Positions 20,827 to 30,957 are shown, counted from the first letter of the stretch. The stretch is DNA of 64,000 bases from Candidatus Poribacteria bacterium (GCA_965208325.1 OZ242326.1:3200001-3264000), one strand, 5' to 3'. A program made the numbers and translations. The notes: generated by a model from the letters alone, not told the origin.

Positions 20827-21276
20827 ATGAATCAATACAGGCATACGCAGATAGGTTATCTCCTTATCATCTTGTATGGCGGGGTGGTAGTCCTCATAGG
20901 TTATTTTAATGTTTTGAAGGGTTTTAATAACCCGTTTGCCTTGGCCGCACTTATCGTTTTGCTGGTTATTCTGAAGTTTTTCTCTAGTTTGACGGTGACA
21001 GTGAATGACCAGGTGATTACGATTCAATTTGGGCTCGGTGTTTATCGGAAAGCCTTTCCCTTAAAAGAGATTGAATCCTACGCTGTAGTCAAGAATCGTT
21101 GGTATTACGGTTGGGGGATTAGGTACACGCCGCGGGGTTGGCTTTTCAATGTATCTGGTTTCTCCGCAATTGAGCTGCAAATGAATAATGGGAAGAGATA
21201 TCGAATCGGGACGGATGAACCGGATAATCTGGCGATTGCACTTTCGGATGCCCTGAATGATGCTCCCAATCGTTAA
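20827..21276 (+). CDS. Small membrane protein with PH-like soluble domain
   Basis: Two TM helices followed by WYYGWGIR...FNVSG...YRIGTDEP, a pattern common in small uncharacterised membrane proteins; ATG 20827 avoids overlap with the previous gene. Confidence 0.8.
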   Translation: MNQYRHTQIGYLLIILYGGVVVLIGYFNVLKGFNNPFALAALIVLLVILKFFSSLTVTVNDQVITIQFGLGVYRKAFPLKEIESYAVVKNRWYYGWGIRYTPRGWLFNVSGFSAIELQMNNGKRYRIGTDEPDNLAIALSDALNDAPNR

Positions 21277-21298
21277 CGCGGCGCAGTGGAGGAAAAAA

Positions 21299-22084
21299 GT
21301 GTTTTATCGCATTGTAAAATGCGTTTCGATTACGTTTATCAGCGTTGTTAGCTTCGCTAGTATCTTCGTAACACCAGGGTATGCGGAAATTGCCCCAGAC
21401 ACCATTGTAGGTTTATGGTTGTTAGACGAGGATAAAGGCAGGGAAGCTAAAGATAGTTCTGGCAATGAACTTCACGGGACGTTCACCGGGTCTCCCAAGT
21501 GGAGGGAAGGTAAATTCGGCCGGGCTTTGGAACTCCCAGGTGGTGGCGATACTGTCAAAATTGAAGGATTAGCGCAGGACTTTCCCGCCGAAGAAGTGAC
21601 AATCACATCGTGGGTGAAAGCAGAGGGGTTAAAGAACCAAGACCTATTTAGCCTCGAACCACTTGACCCTAGCCGCGTCACTGTCCACTTTCCGTGGGAT
21701 AATCAACTTCACTGGCAGTTCAGCACCATTTGGATGCATCCACCACTTGCTCTTGGTGAGGAGGTTGTAGGTAAATGGCAACACTGGGCTTTCATCCATA
21801 GTATTGCGGATAACGTAATGCTTGCCTATCAAGACGGTGAGGTGGTCGGAGAATCACTGAATTCCAAAGCGTATGCTCCCCGGGCCGGAGATTTTCACAT
21901 AGGCGGTAGGTTAGGTTCTTCCTTTAAAGGTTTCGTTGACGAAGTTGGAATCTTTGAGGCTGTCCTCAGTCAAGATGATATACAAAGCATCATGGATAAC
22001 GGCCTGGAGACGCAAGTCTTTGCAGTTGCGCCAACTGGCAAACTTGCGGTTTCATGGGGCAAAATGAAGGTACGAAGGGAATGA
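21299..22084 (+). CDS. Secreted LamG/concanavalin A-like domain protein
   Basis: GGAGG RBS before GTG; signal peptide; W-L-L-D-E...DSSGN..HG, GKFG-x-AL, T-I-T-S-W-V, WQH, F-x-G-x-VDEV-x-IF motifs. Confidence 0.9.
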   Translation: MFYRIVKCVSITFISVVSFASIFVTPGYAEIAPDTIVGLWLLDEDKGREAKDSSGNELHGTFTGSPKWREGKFGRALELPGGGDTVKIEGLAQDFPAEEVTITSWVKAEGLKNQDLFSLEPLDPSRVTVHFPWDNQLHWQFSTIWMHPPLALGEEVVGKWQHWAFIHSIADNVMLAYQDGEVVGESLNSKAYAPRAGDFHIGGRLGSSFKGFVDEVGIFEAVLSQDDIQSIMDNGLETQVFAVAPTGKLAVSWGKMKVRRE

Positions 22085-22213
22085 ATTTCAAATTGCTATC
22101 GACAGTGGTTGGTTCCAGTAGGTGCGTTGCTTGCAGTCGATGGATAACATATGACAGCAGAGCTACAATAAAAACTTGAAACACATCAAAATTACCAATT
22201 AGGAGGAAATACA

Positions 22214-23011
22214 ATGTTTATTCGTAATGCAACCCAAATTTCGATTGTATTTGTGAGTTTAGTAGCCATCGGTTGGGTTTTCACACCATCCGGGCATTCA
22301 GAGATTGACCCTGATACCATTGTAGGGATGTGGCTGCTCGACGAGGATAAGGGCAAAGAAGCCAAAGATGGTTCAGGCAATGAACGTCATGGGACGTTCA
22401 CCGGGTCTCCCAAATGGAGAGAAGGTAAATTCGGCCGGAGTGTGGAGTTTTCCGGTGGAGGCGATACTGTCCGAATAGATGGATTGGGGCAGGAATTTCC
22501 CACGGAGGAAGTAACCATTACGTCATGGGTGAAGGTAGAGGGTTTCAACAATCAAGACCTTTTTAGCCTTGAGCCGCTTGAGGTCGGTAACAGGGGCCGC
22601 GTCACAGTCCACATGCCGTGGGACGGCGGTGTTCACTGGCAGTTTGGTTCGCCATTTACGGGGATTAATCCAGTTGCGCTCGACAAAGGCGTGGAAGGCA
22701 AATGGCAGCACTGGACGTTCGTCCATAGTGTTGCAGATAACGTGTTCCTTGTCTATCAGGACGGCAAGGAAGTGCAAAGAAACGTGAATTCGCAGGCGTT
22801 TGTTCAAGGCGCCGCAGATTTTCACATAGGCGGTAGACTGGGGTCCTCATTTGAGGGTTTCGTCGATGAGTTCGCAATATTCGAGGCTGTCCTTAGCCCG
22901 GCTGACATAAATAGCGTCATGGAAAACGGTCTTGAAGCTCGCGTCTTTGCGGTTTCACCAGACAGCAAACTTTCGACCTCCTGGGGTCGAATTAAAGAAC
23001 TAAGACAGTAA
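22214..23011 (+). CDS. Secreted LamG-like domain protein
   Basis: Paralogue of the preceding gene; AGGAGG RBS. Confidence 0.9.
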   Translation: MFIRNATQISIVFVSLVAIGWVFTPSGHSEIDPDTIVGMWLLDEDKGKEAKDGSGNERHGTFTGSPKWREGKFGRSVEFSGGGDTVRIDGLGQEFPTEEVTITSWVKVEGFNNQDLFSLEPLEVGNRGRVTVHMPWDGGVHWQFGSPFTGINPVALDKGVEGKWQHWTFVHSVADNVFLVYQDGKEVQRNVNSQAFVQGAADFHIGGRLGSSFEGFVDEFAIFEAVLSPADINSVMENGLEARVFAVSPDSKLSTSWGRIKELRQ

Positions 23012-23245
23012 ACCCAGTTGTCGTACCATCCTGGCACCCATATTTACACCCTCCGGGGGATGAGCCGTGCGGCTATAGACAGCGAAATGAGAATCTTTGT
23101 TAACCGGCCATAGGGCAAACACACGATTGCGAAGCGACGCTGACGGATGCGTAGATTGTAGCGTGCTGTAAAAACAGGATCTTAATTTGTGCTGGCGTTG
23201 TTTCGGATGTAACCTATCGGCAAACCATTTATGGGGGTTCAAACA

Positions 23246-24028
23246 ATGTTTGCTCGTAATGTAACCAGGATTTTGATTGTATGTGTGAGTTTGGTTGCCT
23301 TCAATTGGATCTTAGCAACATCAGGACATACGGAGATCGACCCAGATACTATTATAGGGTTGTGGCTGCTTGATGAAGGCAAGGGGAAGGAGACCAAGGA
23401 CAGTTCAGGGAATGAACTTCACGGGACTTTCACGGGAACCCCCAAATGGAGAAATGGCAAGTTTGGTATGGGTTTGGAGTTTCCGGGCGGAGGCGATACG
23501 GTCAAAATTGAGGGATTTGCCCAGGATTTTCCCGCGCAAGAGGTTACAATCACGTCGTGGGTGCGGTTAGAAGGGTTCAAGAATCAAGACCTTTTTAGTA
23601 TGGAACCGCTAGAGCCTAGCCGCGTCACAGTCCACTTTCCCTGGGATAACCATGTTCACTGGCAGTTCAGCAATACGGGCATAGCACCAATTGCGATTGG
23701 CGACGAGATAAAAGGTAAATGGCAGCATTGGGCATTCATTCATAGTGTCGCCGATAACGAAATGATTGCCTACCAAGATGGCGAAGAGGTCCGTAGAACA
23801 CCGGTCTCCAAGGCGTATGTTCCACGGGCAGGAAGTTTTCACATTGGGGGTAGACTGGGTTCTTCTTTTGAGGGATTCGTTGACGAAGTTGGACTATTTG
23901 AAGCTGTTCTAAGCCAAGATGACATAAAGAGAATCATGGACAATGGACTTCAGGGGGGCGTATTTGCTGTTTTACCAACTAGCAAACTTGCGGTCTCTTG
24001 GGGCAAAATGAAGATGCGAAGGGAGTGA
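23246..24028 (+). CDS. Secreted LamG-like domain protein
   Basis: Third paralogue; start chosen by alignment with 22214 (MF..N.T.I.IV.VSLVA). Confidence 0.9.
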   Translation: MFARNVTRILIVCVSLVAFNWILATSGHTEIDPDTIIGLWLLDEGKGKETKDSSGNELHGTFTGTPKWRNGKFGMGLEFPGGGDTVKIEGFAQDFPAQEVTITSWVRLEGFKNQDLFSMEPLEPSRVTVHFPWDNHVHWQFSNTGIAPIAIGDEIKGKWQHWAFIHSVADNEMIAYQDGEEVRRTPVSKAYVPRAGSFHIGGRLGSSFEGFVDEVGLFEAVLSQDDIKRIMDNGLQGGVFAVLPTSKLAVSWGKMKMRRE

Positions 24029-24259
24029 CCCAAATCCACCTTCCTTGGAATTTTCCCATCATGTTTTGGGTATTCCATTAGAGTGTCTTTTTATCCATAC
24101 GGCACCATACCCTAGCGGAGGTTTCAAGACTTCGTAAGGATTAAATCTTCCCTTACCTATCATCGGGCCTAAGCACTTTCTCAATCCTCATGCAACCTTT
24201 TTTGGGATTAGGTCAGTAATCAGTAACGGATAGAAACAGGACAAGTGAGGTCAACCTAA

Positions 24260-25042
24260 ATGCCAACCCACGATTGCCATGCGACGCTCACCGATACGCA
24301 GGTCATGGAGTTCTGCAAAAACGGGTATTGTTTGTTTGAAGGCGTTGTGCCGGATGAAATCAATCAACGCGTCATTGAATATTGTGATGAACACGAGGGG
24401 CAGGTGCCTGCGGGTGAAGATTGGTACATAGAAAACGTAACGCTAAATCCGCAAGTGACCGGAGCGATACGATCCGTCTTGGGCAAGAATTTCCGTTATA
24501 ATCTTTTCGCCGGCAATCATCGCGTCCAATGTCCGAGCCGCGTTACCGGCGGATGGCATAACGATGGCGGGTCTGTATACAAACCTCACCTTGACTCCCT
24601 ACAGGTGTTCTACTATCCGCAGCATACCCCAGTCGAACTCGGGCCGACCGAAGTTGTTCCCGGATCCCACTTTCTAGTTCATTTACAGCGCTGGATGGGA
24701 CACTATACGGGCATCAAAGGAGCAGTTTCTACTGCAGCGCCCGCGGGCTCGATTTTTCTCACTATCTATTCTATCTGGCATCGGCGGAGTACTTCCACCG
24801 CGAGCGGCATCCGTAATCTGATTAAATATTGGTATATACGTACGTCGCCGCCGGAGCGCGACTGGGTTATCGAACCGGATTTTGACCTCGTACGCCCCTA
24901 TCATTTCCCGCCGGGACAATCCTTTCACAGGGAACATCACCACACAGTCAATGACGCCGCTGAGATTTTTTATTGGTTGTGCGGAAAACACGACGACTAT
25001 CGCGGGCACACCAACAATTTGCCCGTCTATTTCTCTAGATAG
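24260..25042 (+). CDS. Phytanoyl-CoA dioxygenase (PhyH)-family Fe(II)/2OG dioxygenase
   Basis: F-x-x-NGY, WH-x-D, GPTEVVPGSH, AGS...IWHR (HxD...H triad). Confidence 0.88.
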   Translation: MPTHDCHATLTDTQVMEFCKNGYCLFEGVVPDEINQRVIEYCDEHEGQVPAGEDWYIENVTLNPQVTGAIRSVLGKNFRYNLFAGNHRVQCPSRVTGGWHNDGGSVYKPHLDSLQVFYYPQHTPVELGPTEVVPGSHFLVHLQRWMGHYTGIKGAVSTAAPAGSIFLTIYSIWHRRSTSTASGIRNLIKYWYIRTSPPERDWVIEPDFDLVRPYHFPPGQSFHREHHHTVNDAAEIFYWLCGKHDDYRGHTNNLPVYFSR

Positions 25043-25056
25043 CGAGGGAAAATACT

Positions 25057-25848
25057 TTGAGCAGGCATGACTGCAAACCGACGCTGACCGATACACAAGT
25101 TCTTGAGTTTTGCAGGGATGGGTTCTTAATGTTCGAAGGCGTTGTACCGGATGAAGTCAATCAACGGGTCTTTGACTATTGCGACAAAAACGATGGCCGC
25201 GTACCGGCAGGCGAAGATTGGTATATTGAGAATGTGACGCTTAACCCGCAAGCGGCGGGGGCGATACGGTCTCTTCTGGGAAAAAACTTCCGTTGGTCCG
25301 GGGCGGGCAACCACCGTGTCCAATGTCCGGTTGAAGAAGTACACCAACAGTCGAACGGTTTGTGGCATAACGATGGCGGTTCGGTGTACACGCCGGAACT
25401 TGACTGTCTACAGGTGTTCTATTATCCGCAGGATACACCGGTCGAGCTAGGTCCGACAGAGGTAGTACCCAGTTCGCATTTTCTCCGTAGTTACCATTTC
25501 TGGATGGGGCATTATGGCAGGATTCGGAACGCAGTTTCCACCGCAGCTCCGGCTGGTTCGATTTTTCTCACCATCTACCGCATTTGGCATCGGCGCAGCC
25601 CATCCACAGCTACCGGTGTTCGCAACCTAATAAAGTATTCGTACATTCGAACTGTGCCGCCGGAGAGAGATTGGATTATTGAACCGGAGTTCGATTTAGC
25701 ACATTCCTATCACGCGCCTGCAGGACCTCAGTTCCACCGAGAATTCCACCGCACAATCAATGATGCTGCCGAGATTTATTTTTGGCTGTGCGGAAAACAC
25801 GATCAATATCGCGGCACTCGCAATAATTTGCCTATCTATTACTCTTGA
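25057..25848 (+). CDS. PhyH-family dioxygenase
   Basis: Paralogue; WHNDGG, GPTEVVPSSH, IWHR. Confidence 0.88.
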   Translation: MSRHDCKPTLTDTQVLEFCRDGFLMFEGVVPDEVNQRVFDYCDKNDGRVPAGEDWYIENVTLNPQAAGAIRSLLGKNFRWSGAGNHRVQCPVEEVHQQSNGLWHNDGGSVYTPELDCLQVFYYPQDTPVELGPTEVVPSSHFLRSYHFWMGHYGRIRNAVSTAAPAGSIFLTIYRIWHRRSPSTATGVRNLIKYSYIRTVPPERDWIIEPEFDLAHSYHAPAGPQFHREFHRTINDAAEIYFWLCGKHDQYRGTRNNLPIYYS

Positions 25849-25948
25849 TGCCGTGGTGTCGAGTAATGACGATTGAAGCAAAAGTATCCAGCCAAAAATC
25901 AACTGCGATGCGGGCACGGTAGAAGAGAAATTCTGGGGTAATTAATCG

Positions 25949-26734
25949 ATGAAAACTTTTAACTGTGAACCTACGCTTACAGACACCCAAATACTGGAAA
26001 TCTGTAGAGACGGCTTCAAAATGCTCAGGGGTGTTGTGCCAGAAGCGATAAATAAGCAAGCGTTTGAGTTTCTGGATTTACACCCGCACGGCACACCCGT
26101 TGAAATCCTCGAAGAGGATTGGTTTGTCGAGAACGTAATACTCAATGCGCAGGCAGTAGGTATTGTGCGGTCGCTTCTGGGAAAAAACTTTGCGCTTCCC
26201 ACCCGGATGGCCAATCATCGCGCTGAGGGTCCCGGACCAGCTCAACATTGGCACCGGGATGGTGGATCGGTATACAGTCCCGAAATGGACAGTTTACAGG
26301 TGTTCTATTATCCACAGGACACACCGCTAGAGTTGGGGCCAACACAAGTGGTGCCCGGTTCACACCTGCTCTTCTCTTTGCAGAGCCATATGAGTCACTA
26401 TGGCGGTATTCGAGTTGCACATCCAACAGTAGCCCCTGCTGGCTCAATTTTCATCACGATATATTCGATTTGGCACCGCCGCGGCCCATCCACTGCGCGC
26501 GGTACGCGCAATCTGCTGAAATATTGGTACCGTCGAACTGTACCGCCCGAGCGCGACTGGATTATTGAACCGGAGTTCAATCTGAAGCAGGCATATCATT
26601 TCCCCCACGGCTTAACCTTCAATCGAGAAGGCCACAAGACTATTAATGACGCCGCGGAAATCTATTTTTGGTTGTGCGGAAAGCACGACCAATTTCGCGC
26701 GCGCACTAACAATTTGCCCGCCTATTTCTCATGA
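25949..26734 (+). CDS. PhyH-family dioxygenase
   Basis: Paralogue; WHRDGG, GPTQVVPGSH, IWHR. Confidence 0.88.
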   Translation: MKTFNCEPTLTDTQILEICRDGFKMLRGVVPEAINKQAFEFLDLHPHGTPVEILEEDWFVENVILNAQAVGIVRSLLGKNFALPTRMANHRAEGPGPAQHWHRDGGSVYSPEMDSLQVFYYPQDTPLELGPTQVVPGSHLLFSLQSHMSHYGGIRVAHPTVAPAGSIFITIYSIWHRRGPSTARGTRNLLKYWYRRTVPPERDWIIEPEFNLKQAYHFPHGLTFNREGHKTINDAAEIYFWLCGKHDQFRARTNNLPAYFS

Positions 26735-26750
26735 GAGGGGAGGAGTGGCA

Positions 26751-27593
26751 TTGGAAGCATATGATTTTGAGCCGACACTGACCGATACACAAGTGGTCGA
26801 GTTCTGTAAGCAGGGCTACCTGATGCTGGAAGGTGTCGTTTCGGAGGAAATTAACCAACGCGTGTGTGAAAGTGTGGTGGGCGGATTTGAAGATGGGCGG
26901 CTGCTTCAGGAGGACTGGTTTCTTAACGATGTGATTCTCAATCCTCAAGCCGCTGGAGCGGTGCGGTCGCTGCTCGGAAAGGAATTTTCTACTCCGGTTG
27001 GGTTGCACAATCATCGGGTTGAATGTCCTGCGCCGTCTCAACATTGGCATCGGGACGGTGGATCGCGTCACGAACCGGGACTCAATCATTTGCAGGTTTT
27101 CTATTATCCGAAGGATACTCCTGTGGAGCTCGGGCCGACAGAGGTACTTCCCTCCTCCCATTTTTTGTTCTGCTTCCAAAGCTGGATGGGGCACTACGGC
27201 AACATAAAGGGCGCAATTAAAACAGCCGCGCCGGCGGGGTCAATTTTCCTCACGGCATATCCGATATGGCATCGGCGGCCCGTGTCAACCGGGCATGGCG
27301 TTCGCCATATGTTAAAATACCTTTATTGGCGAACCGTTCCACCCGAACGGGATTGGGTTATCGAACCCGATTTCGAACCAGCCGCAGCAACCTATAGCCG
27401 GAAAGGTGCAGCTTCCCACCCACCACGGCAGCAGTTTGACGATTGGTATGATGCCGCCGAGATGTTTTTTTGGTTATGTGGGAAATCTAGCGAGTTGACG
27501 GCTATATTGGGTGGTGAAGGATGGCCGGCAGGATACCCTCCGCCGCGTCCTGACGCGCAGATTTATCCCCCCAAAGGATTCCACCGATTTTAG
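26751..27593 (+). CDS. PhyH-family dioxygenase
   Basis: GGAGGAG RBS before TTG 26751; WHRDGG, GPTEVLPSSH, IWHR. Confidence 0.88.
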   Translation: MEAYDFEPTLTDTQVVEFCKQGYLMLEGVVSEEINQRVCESVVGGFEDGRLLQEDWFLNDVILNPQAAGAVRSLLGKEFSTPVGLHNHRVECPAPSQHWHRDGGSRHEPGLNHLQVFYYPKDTPVELGPTEVLPSSHFLFCFQSWMGHYGNIKGAIKTAAPAGSIFLTAYPIWHRRPVSTGHGVRHMLKYLYWRTVPPERDWVIEPDFEPAAATYSRKGAASHPPRQQFDDWYDAAEMFFWLCGKSSELTAILGGEGWPAGYPPPRPDAQIYPPKGFHRF

Positions 27594-27605
27594 GAAATCA
27601 AAAAC

Positions 27606-29573
27606 TCATTTGGCGTTTCTCATCAAGACGCCGTGGTTAACCGTGTCAATACGAGCGATGGCGTAAGGAAGCATGTTGAGTTCGAGAACTCCATCTGCGG
27701 TTGGCGCGCGCTCGCCCGGTTCGGTGAGAAAAGTTTCGGGAGAAACCATCGCCTTTTGAGCGTTAGTCTCGTTAATTTCGCGCAGTTTGACAGTTGGCGC
27801 CAAATTGTGCACCGTGACCCGCTGTGCTTCAGGGGTAAAATTAGCGAGTAGAATTCGCGTCGTTCCATTCGTGCGGAGTGCGATGCCGTCCATTCTCAAA
27901 GTGTCGCTAGATGTCGTTGGTAAAACCCTAGCACCGGCAAACTTTCCCACATCCGCAAACACATGGTACGTAGGAAAAACCCACCCTGGACCGGAAAAAA
28001 ATTTATCTGGCAACAGTGAACCATCCTCTGTCTCCATCACCCCGCGCCATCCGGTGGTTTCGTAGTAGGTTACGCTAAACACCCCGCTCTCTGAAAGATA
28101 CTTGAGACTTCCCACAGTCCAGCCTGCGCAAAACAGTGACATCTGCCGAACATCTACCGGCGCAGGCAATTCGCCGGGCGGCTGCTCAGGTTCAGGTCCG
28201 GCGGCAGCCGGGTTGAATCGAGCTTTTAGCGTGATTGGTGTAACGGCGATAGGTAGTCCGCCAACAAACTGACGAGCGCTTTCTACGGTCGAGGCTTGCG
28301 CTTCGAGTGTTTCCACCAATGAGGCGTTGTCAAAGGCGTGCGCTTGCGGATTGATTGAATAACATACCAAATCCAGCGCGGACACGGGCGGTCGCCCGCG
28401 GTTTAATTCGGTGAAAAAGGCATTTGTACCCGCACCAATCTTCGCGTCTGCAGCGTAACGCCGTAGGGATTTTCTGGCGAGATTCACCCATTTTTCCGAT
28501 GTGGATTCTTCCGAAACATGGAAGATAAACCATCTGCAGATAACCGGTTTGACGGTCCCAAGCACCGCTCCCAATTGGCTGAGTTCGCGCGCGGCCGCGC
28601 CTGAAAGCGTAAGCGCAATTTCCAGCGGTACGTTGAGCGCCTTCGCCTCACGATTAGCCCGCCGCAGCACCGAGTCGTAATTGGGTTGGGCGAGATTGAG
28701 ATCCACGCGCAGATGCGAAAGGTTTAACTTTTTGAGCCGCTCCAATTCCTTCTGAGTTAGCGGCTTGCCGTGATGCGCAACGCCAAGCCCGATACGTGGG
28801 AGCGGGACATCGGAATCGCTGCTGACGGAGAAGGTAAGCCCTGTATCTCGATAACCTACCGTGCTTCGGCTATTCCTTAGAGATAACGTGATTGATTGAG
28901 AGATTTTCGTCCCTGCCTCGATTTCCACGGGATAGGGAATGCGCAGCGGCGTGCTATAAGTTTTGTAAGAGGCGTCTGTCCAGTTGCGTTGATCCTCCAT
29001 CTCGAAGATGTCGCCGTCGAACCGAACCTCTGCGTGGAGATTGGGTACAACTTCATGCGAGATTGCTCGTACGTCCATGAACGGTTGATGCGGCGAAACG
29101 TATTTGGGAAACTCGCCTAGCTCAACCGTACCGTCTACTTTCTCCACGCGGCACGGCAAACCCGCACACTCTCTCATCGGATGCAGCACACAGATTCCTA
29201 TTCGGTTCCGCAGGAAGGTCGAGCGAACCTGGCCATCCATGATGAAGGTAATTTTCCCCTGCGCATCCCCGACGATAGTACCTTTCCAGAAGAAGTCAAT
29301 GCCGCCTCGTCTGTTTTCCACGTCGTAGGTAATGTGGAAAGCGTCGTTGGTGCGCTCAATCTGTATTTTCGTGAGAGCCGATGGCAGCGTGTTCCAGTTG
29401 CGGTCTCGAACGGCCGCATACACGCGGCGCAGGATTTCCGTATTGCCCAGTCGAATGTAGCGCAAATCGCCTGCCTCAAAGATTAGCGATAGCGGTCCGG
29501 CGCGTAATGCCGTTTGATTGGCCAGAGGTTCATCTTTTCCGTAATAAATCGCTCGAGGCGGCAATTGGTTCAT
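27606..29573 (-). CDS. D-apionate lactonase (ApnL)-like protein
   Basis: LRAGPLS...LRYIRLG..EILRRVY.AVRD.NW.T and FEMEDQRNWTDASYKTY, recognised from memory as ApnL-like family motifs. Confidence 0.65.
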   Translation of the reverse strand: MNQLPPRAIYYGKDEPLANQTALRAGPLSLIFEAGDLRYIRLGNTEILRRVYAAVRDRNWNTLPSALTKIQIERTNDAFHITYDVENRRGGIDFFWKGTIVGDAQGKITFIMDGQVRSTFLRNRIGICVLHPMRECAGLPCRVEKVDGTVELGEFPKYVSPHQPFMDVRAISHEVVPNLHAEVRFDGDIFEMEDQRNWTDASYKTYSTPLRIPYPVEIEAGTKISQSITLSLRNSRSTVGYRDTGLTFSVSSDSDVPLPRIGLGVAHHGKPLTQKELERLKKLNLSHLRVDLNLAQPNYDSVLRRANREAKALNVPLEIALTLSGAAARELSQLGAVLGTVKPVICRWFIFHVSEESTSEKWVNLARKSLRRYAADAKIGAGTNAFFTELNRGRPPVSALDLVCYSINPQAHAFDNASLVETLEAQASTVESARQFVGGLPIAVTPITLKARFNPAAAGPEPEQPPGELPAPVDVRQMSLFCAGWTVGSLKYLSESGVFSVTYYETTGWRGVMETEDGSLLPDKFFSGPGWVFPTYHVFADVGKFAGARVLPTTSSDTLRMDGIALRTNGTTRILLANFTPEAQRVTVHNLAPTVKLREINETNAQKAMVSPETFLTEPGERAPTADGVLELNMLPYAIARIDTVNHGVLMRNAK

Positions 29574-30664
29574 TGTGACTCAGTTCTTTTCGCTGCGTAG
29601 CGGCGAAGCTTTTCTTGTAAGTGAGGGTGGTCTAGGACTTCACGGTTTACTACGCTGCGGGGAATCCGCCCCTTTGTGACATCCAAAATACTTTGGCACG
29701 CATCGCGCCCCATACTCTGGAAGCACTCGTCTGTCCAGCAGATAGAGTGCGGCGTGACAATGACATTATCCAATGTCAGGATGGGGTTATTTTTGTCTAT
29801 CGGCTCCTCCTCAAACACATCCAGCCCGGCGCCGCGTATACACCGTGCGCGAAGTGCGTCGGTAAGTGCGTCCTGATCTACGATGGGTCCACGGGCAGCG
29901 TTGATTATGTACGCGGATTTTTTCATCAGTGCAAGCCGTTCTGCATTGATGAGGTGCCGAGTCTCCGGAGTAAGAGCACAGCAGATGCAAACGAAGTCCG
30001 CCGTTTGCAGCAAAGTTTCTAGACTCGTCAGTTCCACACCCGCCCCCGCCGCTTCTGCCGTTCGCACGTATGGGTCATATGCCAGGTGGCGCATCCCGAA
30101 CGGCTGAGCTAAGGCGAATACCTCACGCCCGACATTGCCCAAGCCTACTACACCGAGTGCACGTCCGGTTAGCCCCATTCCCATGGCATCAATCCGCTCA
30201 ATCCAGCGTCCGGAACGAGTCAGACGGTCTTTGATAAGCAGCTTATGGCTAAGCGCCAAGATAAAAGCCATGATGGACGATGCCAGTGGGCGCCGTACAC
30301 CATCAGGGGTGATAGTCAGCAACACTCCGTTTTGTGTAAAGGCCTGCACATCCACAGTGTCGTAACCCACGCCAAACCGCGCCACAATCGCCAGGCGGCT
30401 GACTCCATGAAAAGTATCAGCAGTGACTCGCCGCCCGAGCAATAACAACCCGTCATAATCCTGCACATGGTCTGGCCGCAAGGTCTGCGCGTCCTCCGGC
30501 AAAAGTTCAAATTCCACGCCTATCTCGTTATTCAGCAGATTCAGACCCATGTTGTCAAAACTGAACGTGCCATCTGGTTTAACAAAGTCTCGGGTGATTC
30601 CCACGCGAAATATGTGGCGCATTGGCTGCATTCTCCTTGCACGGAGTGGTTCCGCATTATTCAA
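29570..30664 (-). CDS. D-isomer-specific 2-hydroxyacid dehydrogenase (SerA-like)
   Basis: RFGVGYD, GLGNVG, INAARG, LDVFEEEP, TPH; ATGA overlap with the ApnL-like gene. Confidence 0.92.
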   Translation of the reverse strand: MNNAEPLRARRMQPMRHIFRVGITRDFVKPDGTFSFDNMGLNLLNNEIGVEFELLPEDAQTLRPDHVQDYDGLLLLGRRVTADTFHGVSRLAIVARFGVGYDTVDVQAFTQNGVLLTITPDGVRRPLASSIMAFILALSHKLLIKDRLTRSGRWIERIDAMGMGLTGRALGVVGLGNVGREVFALAQPFGMRHLAYDPYVRTAEAAGAGVELTSLETLLQTADFVCICCALTPETRHLINAERLALMKKSAYIINAARGPIVDQDALTDALRARCIRGAGLDVFEEEPIDKNNPILTLDNVIVTPHSICWTDECFQSMGRDACQSILDVTKGRIPRSVVNREVLDHPHLQEKLRRYAAKRTESQ

Positions 30665-30957
30665 CCTGAAACACCAAGTATAGCAGAGATTGAATTGGTG
30701 GTCAAACGGATTAAATTGTCAAAATCTAGTTCGGCTAGTGCGATGAAGAAGTATAACTTGGTTAAGTAAGCATCTTTATCAACTCGCTCAATATTTGGGC
30801 AGTCGCCTGATGAAAATTTCAGCATGAATCGCCTAGGAAAGTAGGGTGAAGCGCCAAAATTCAATGATGCTTCGACACGCCTGCCCATGCGAGGCACCTT
30901 GTACGTACACAACATAAACCTAGTAAATGCTTGCAGGGCATATCAGTTATTTTATCG

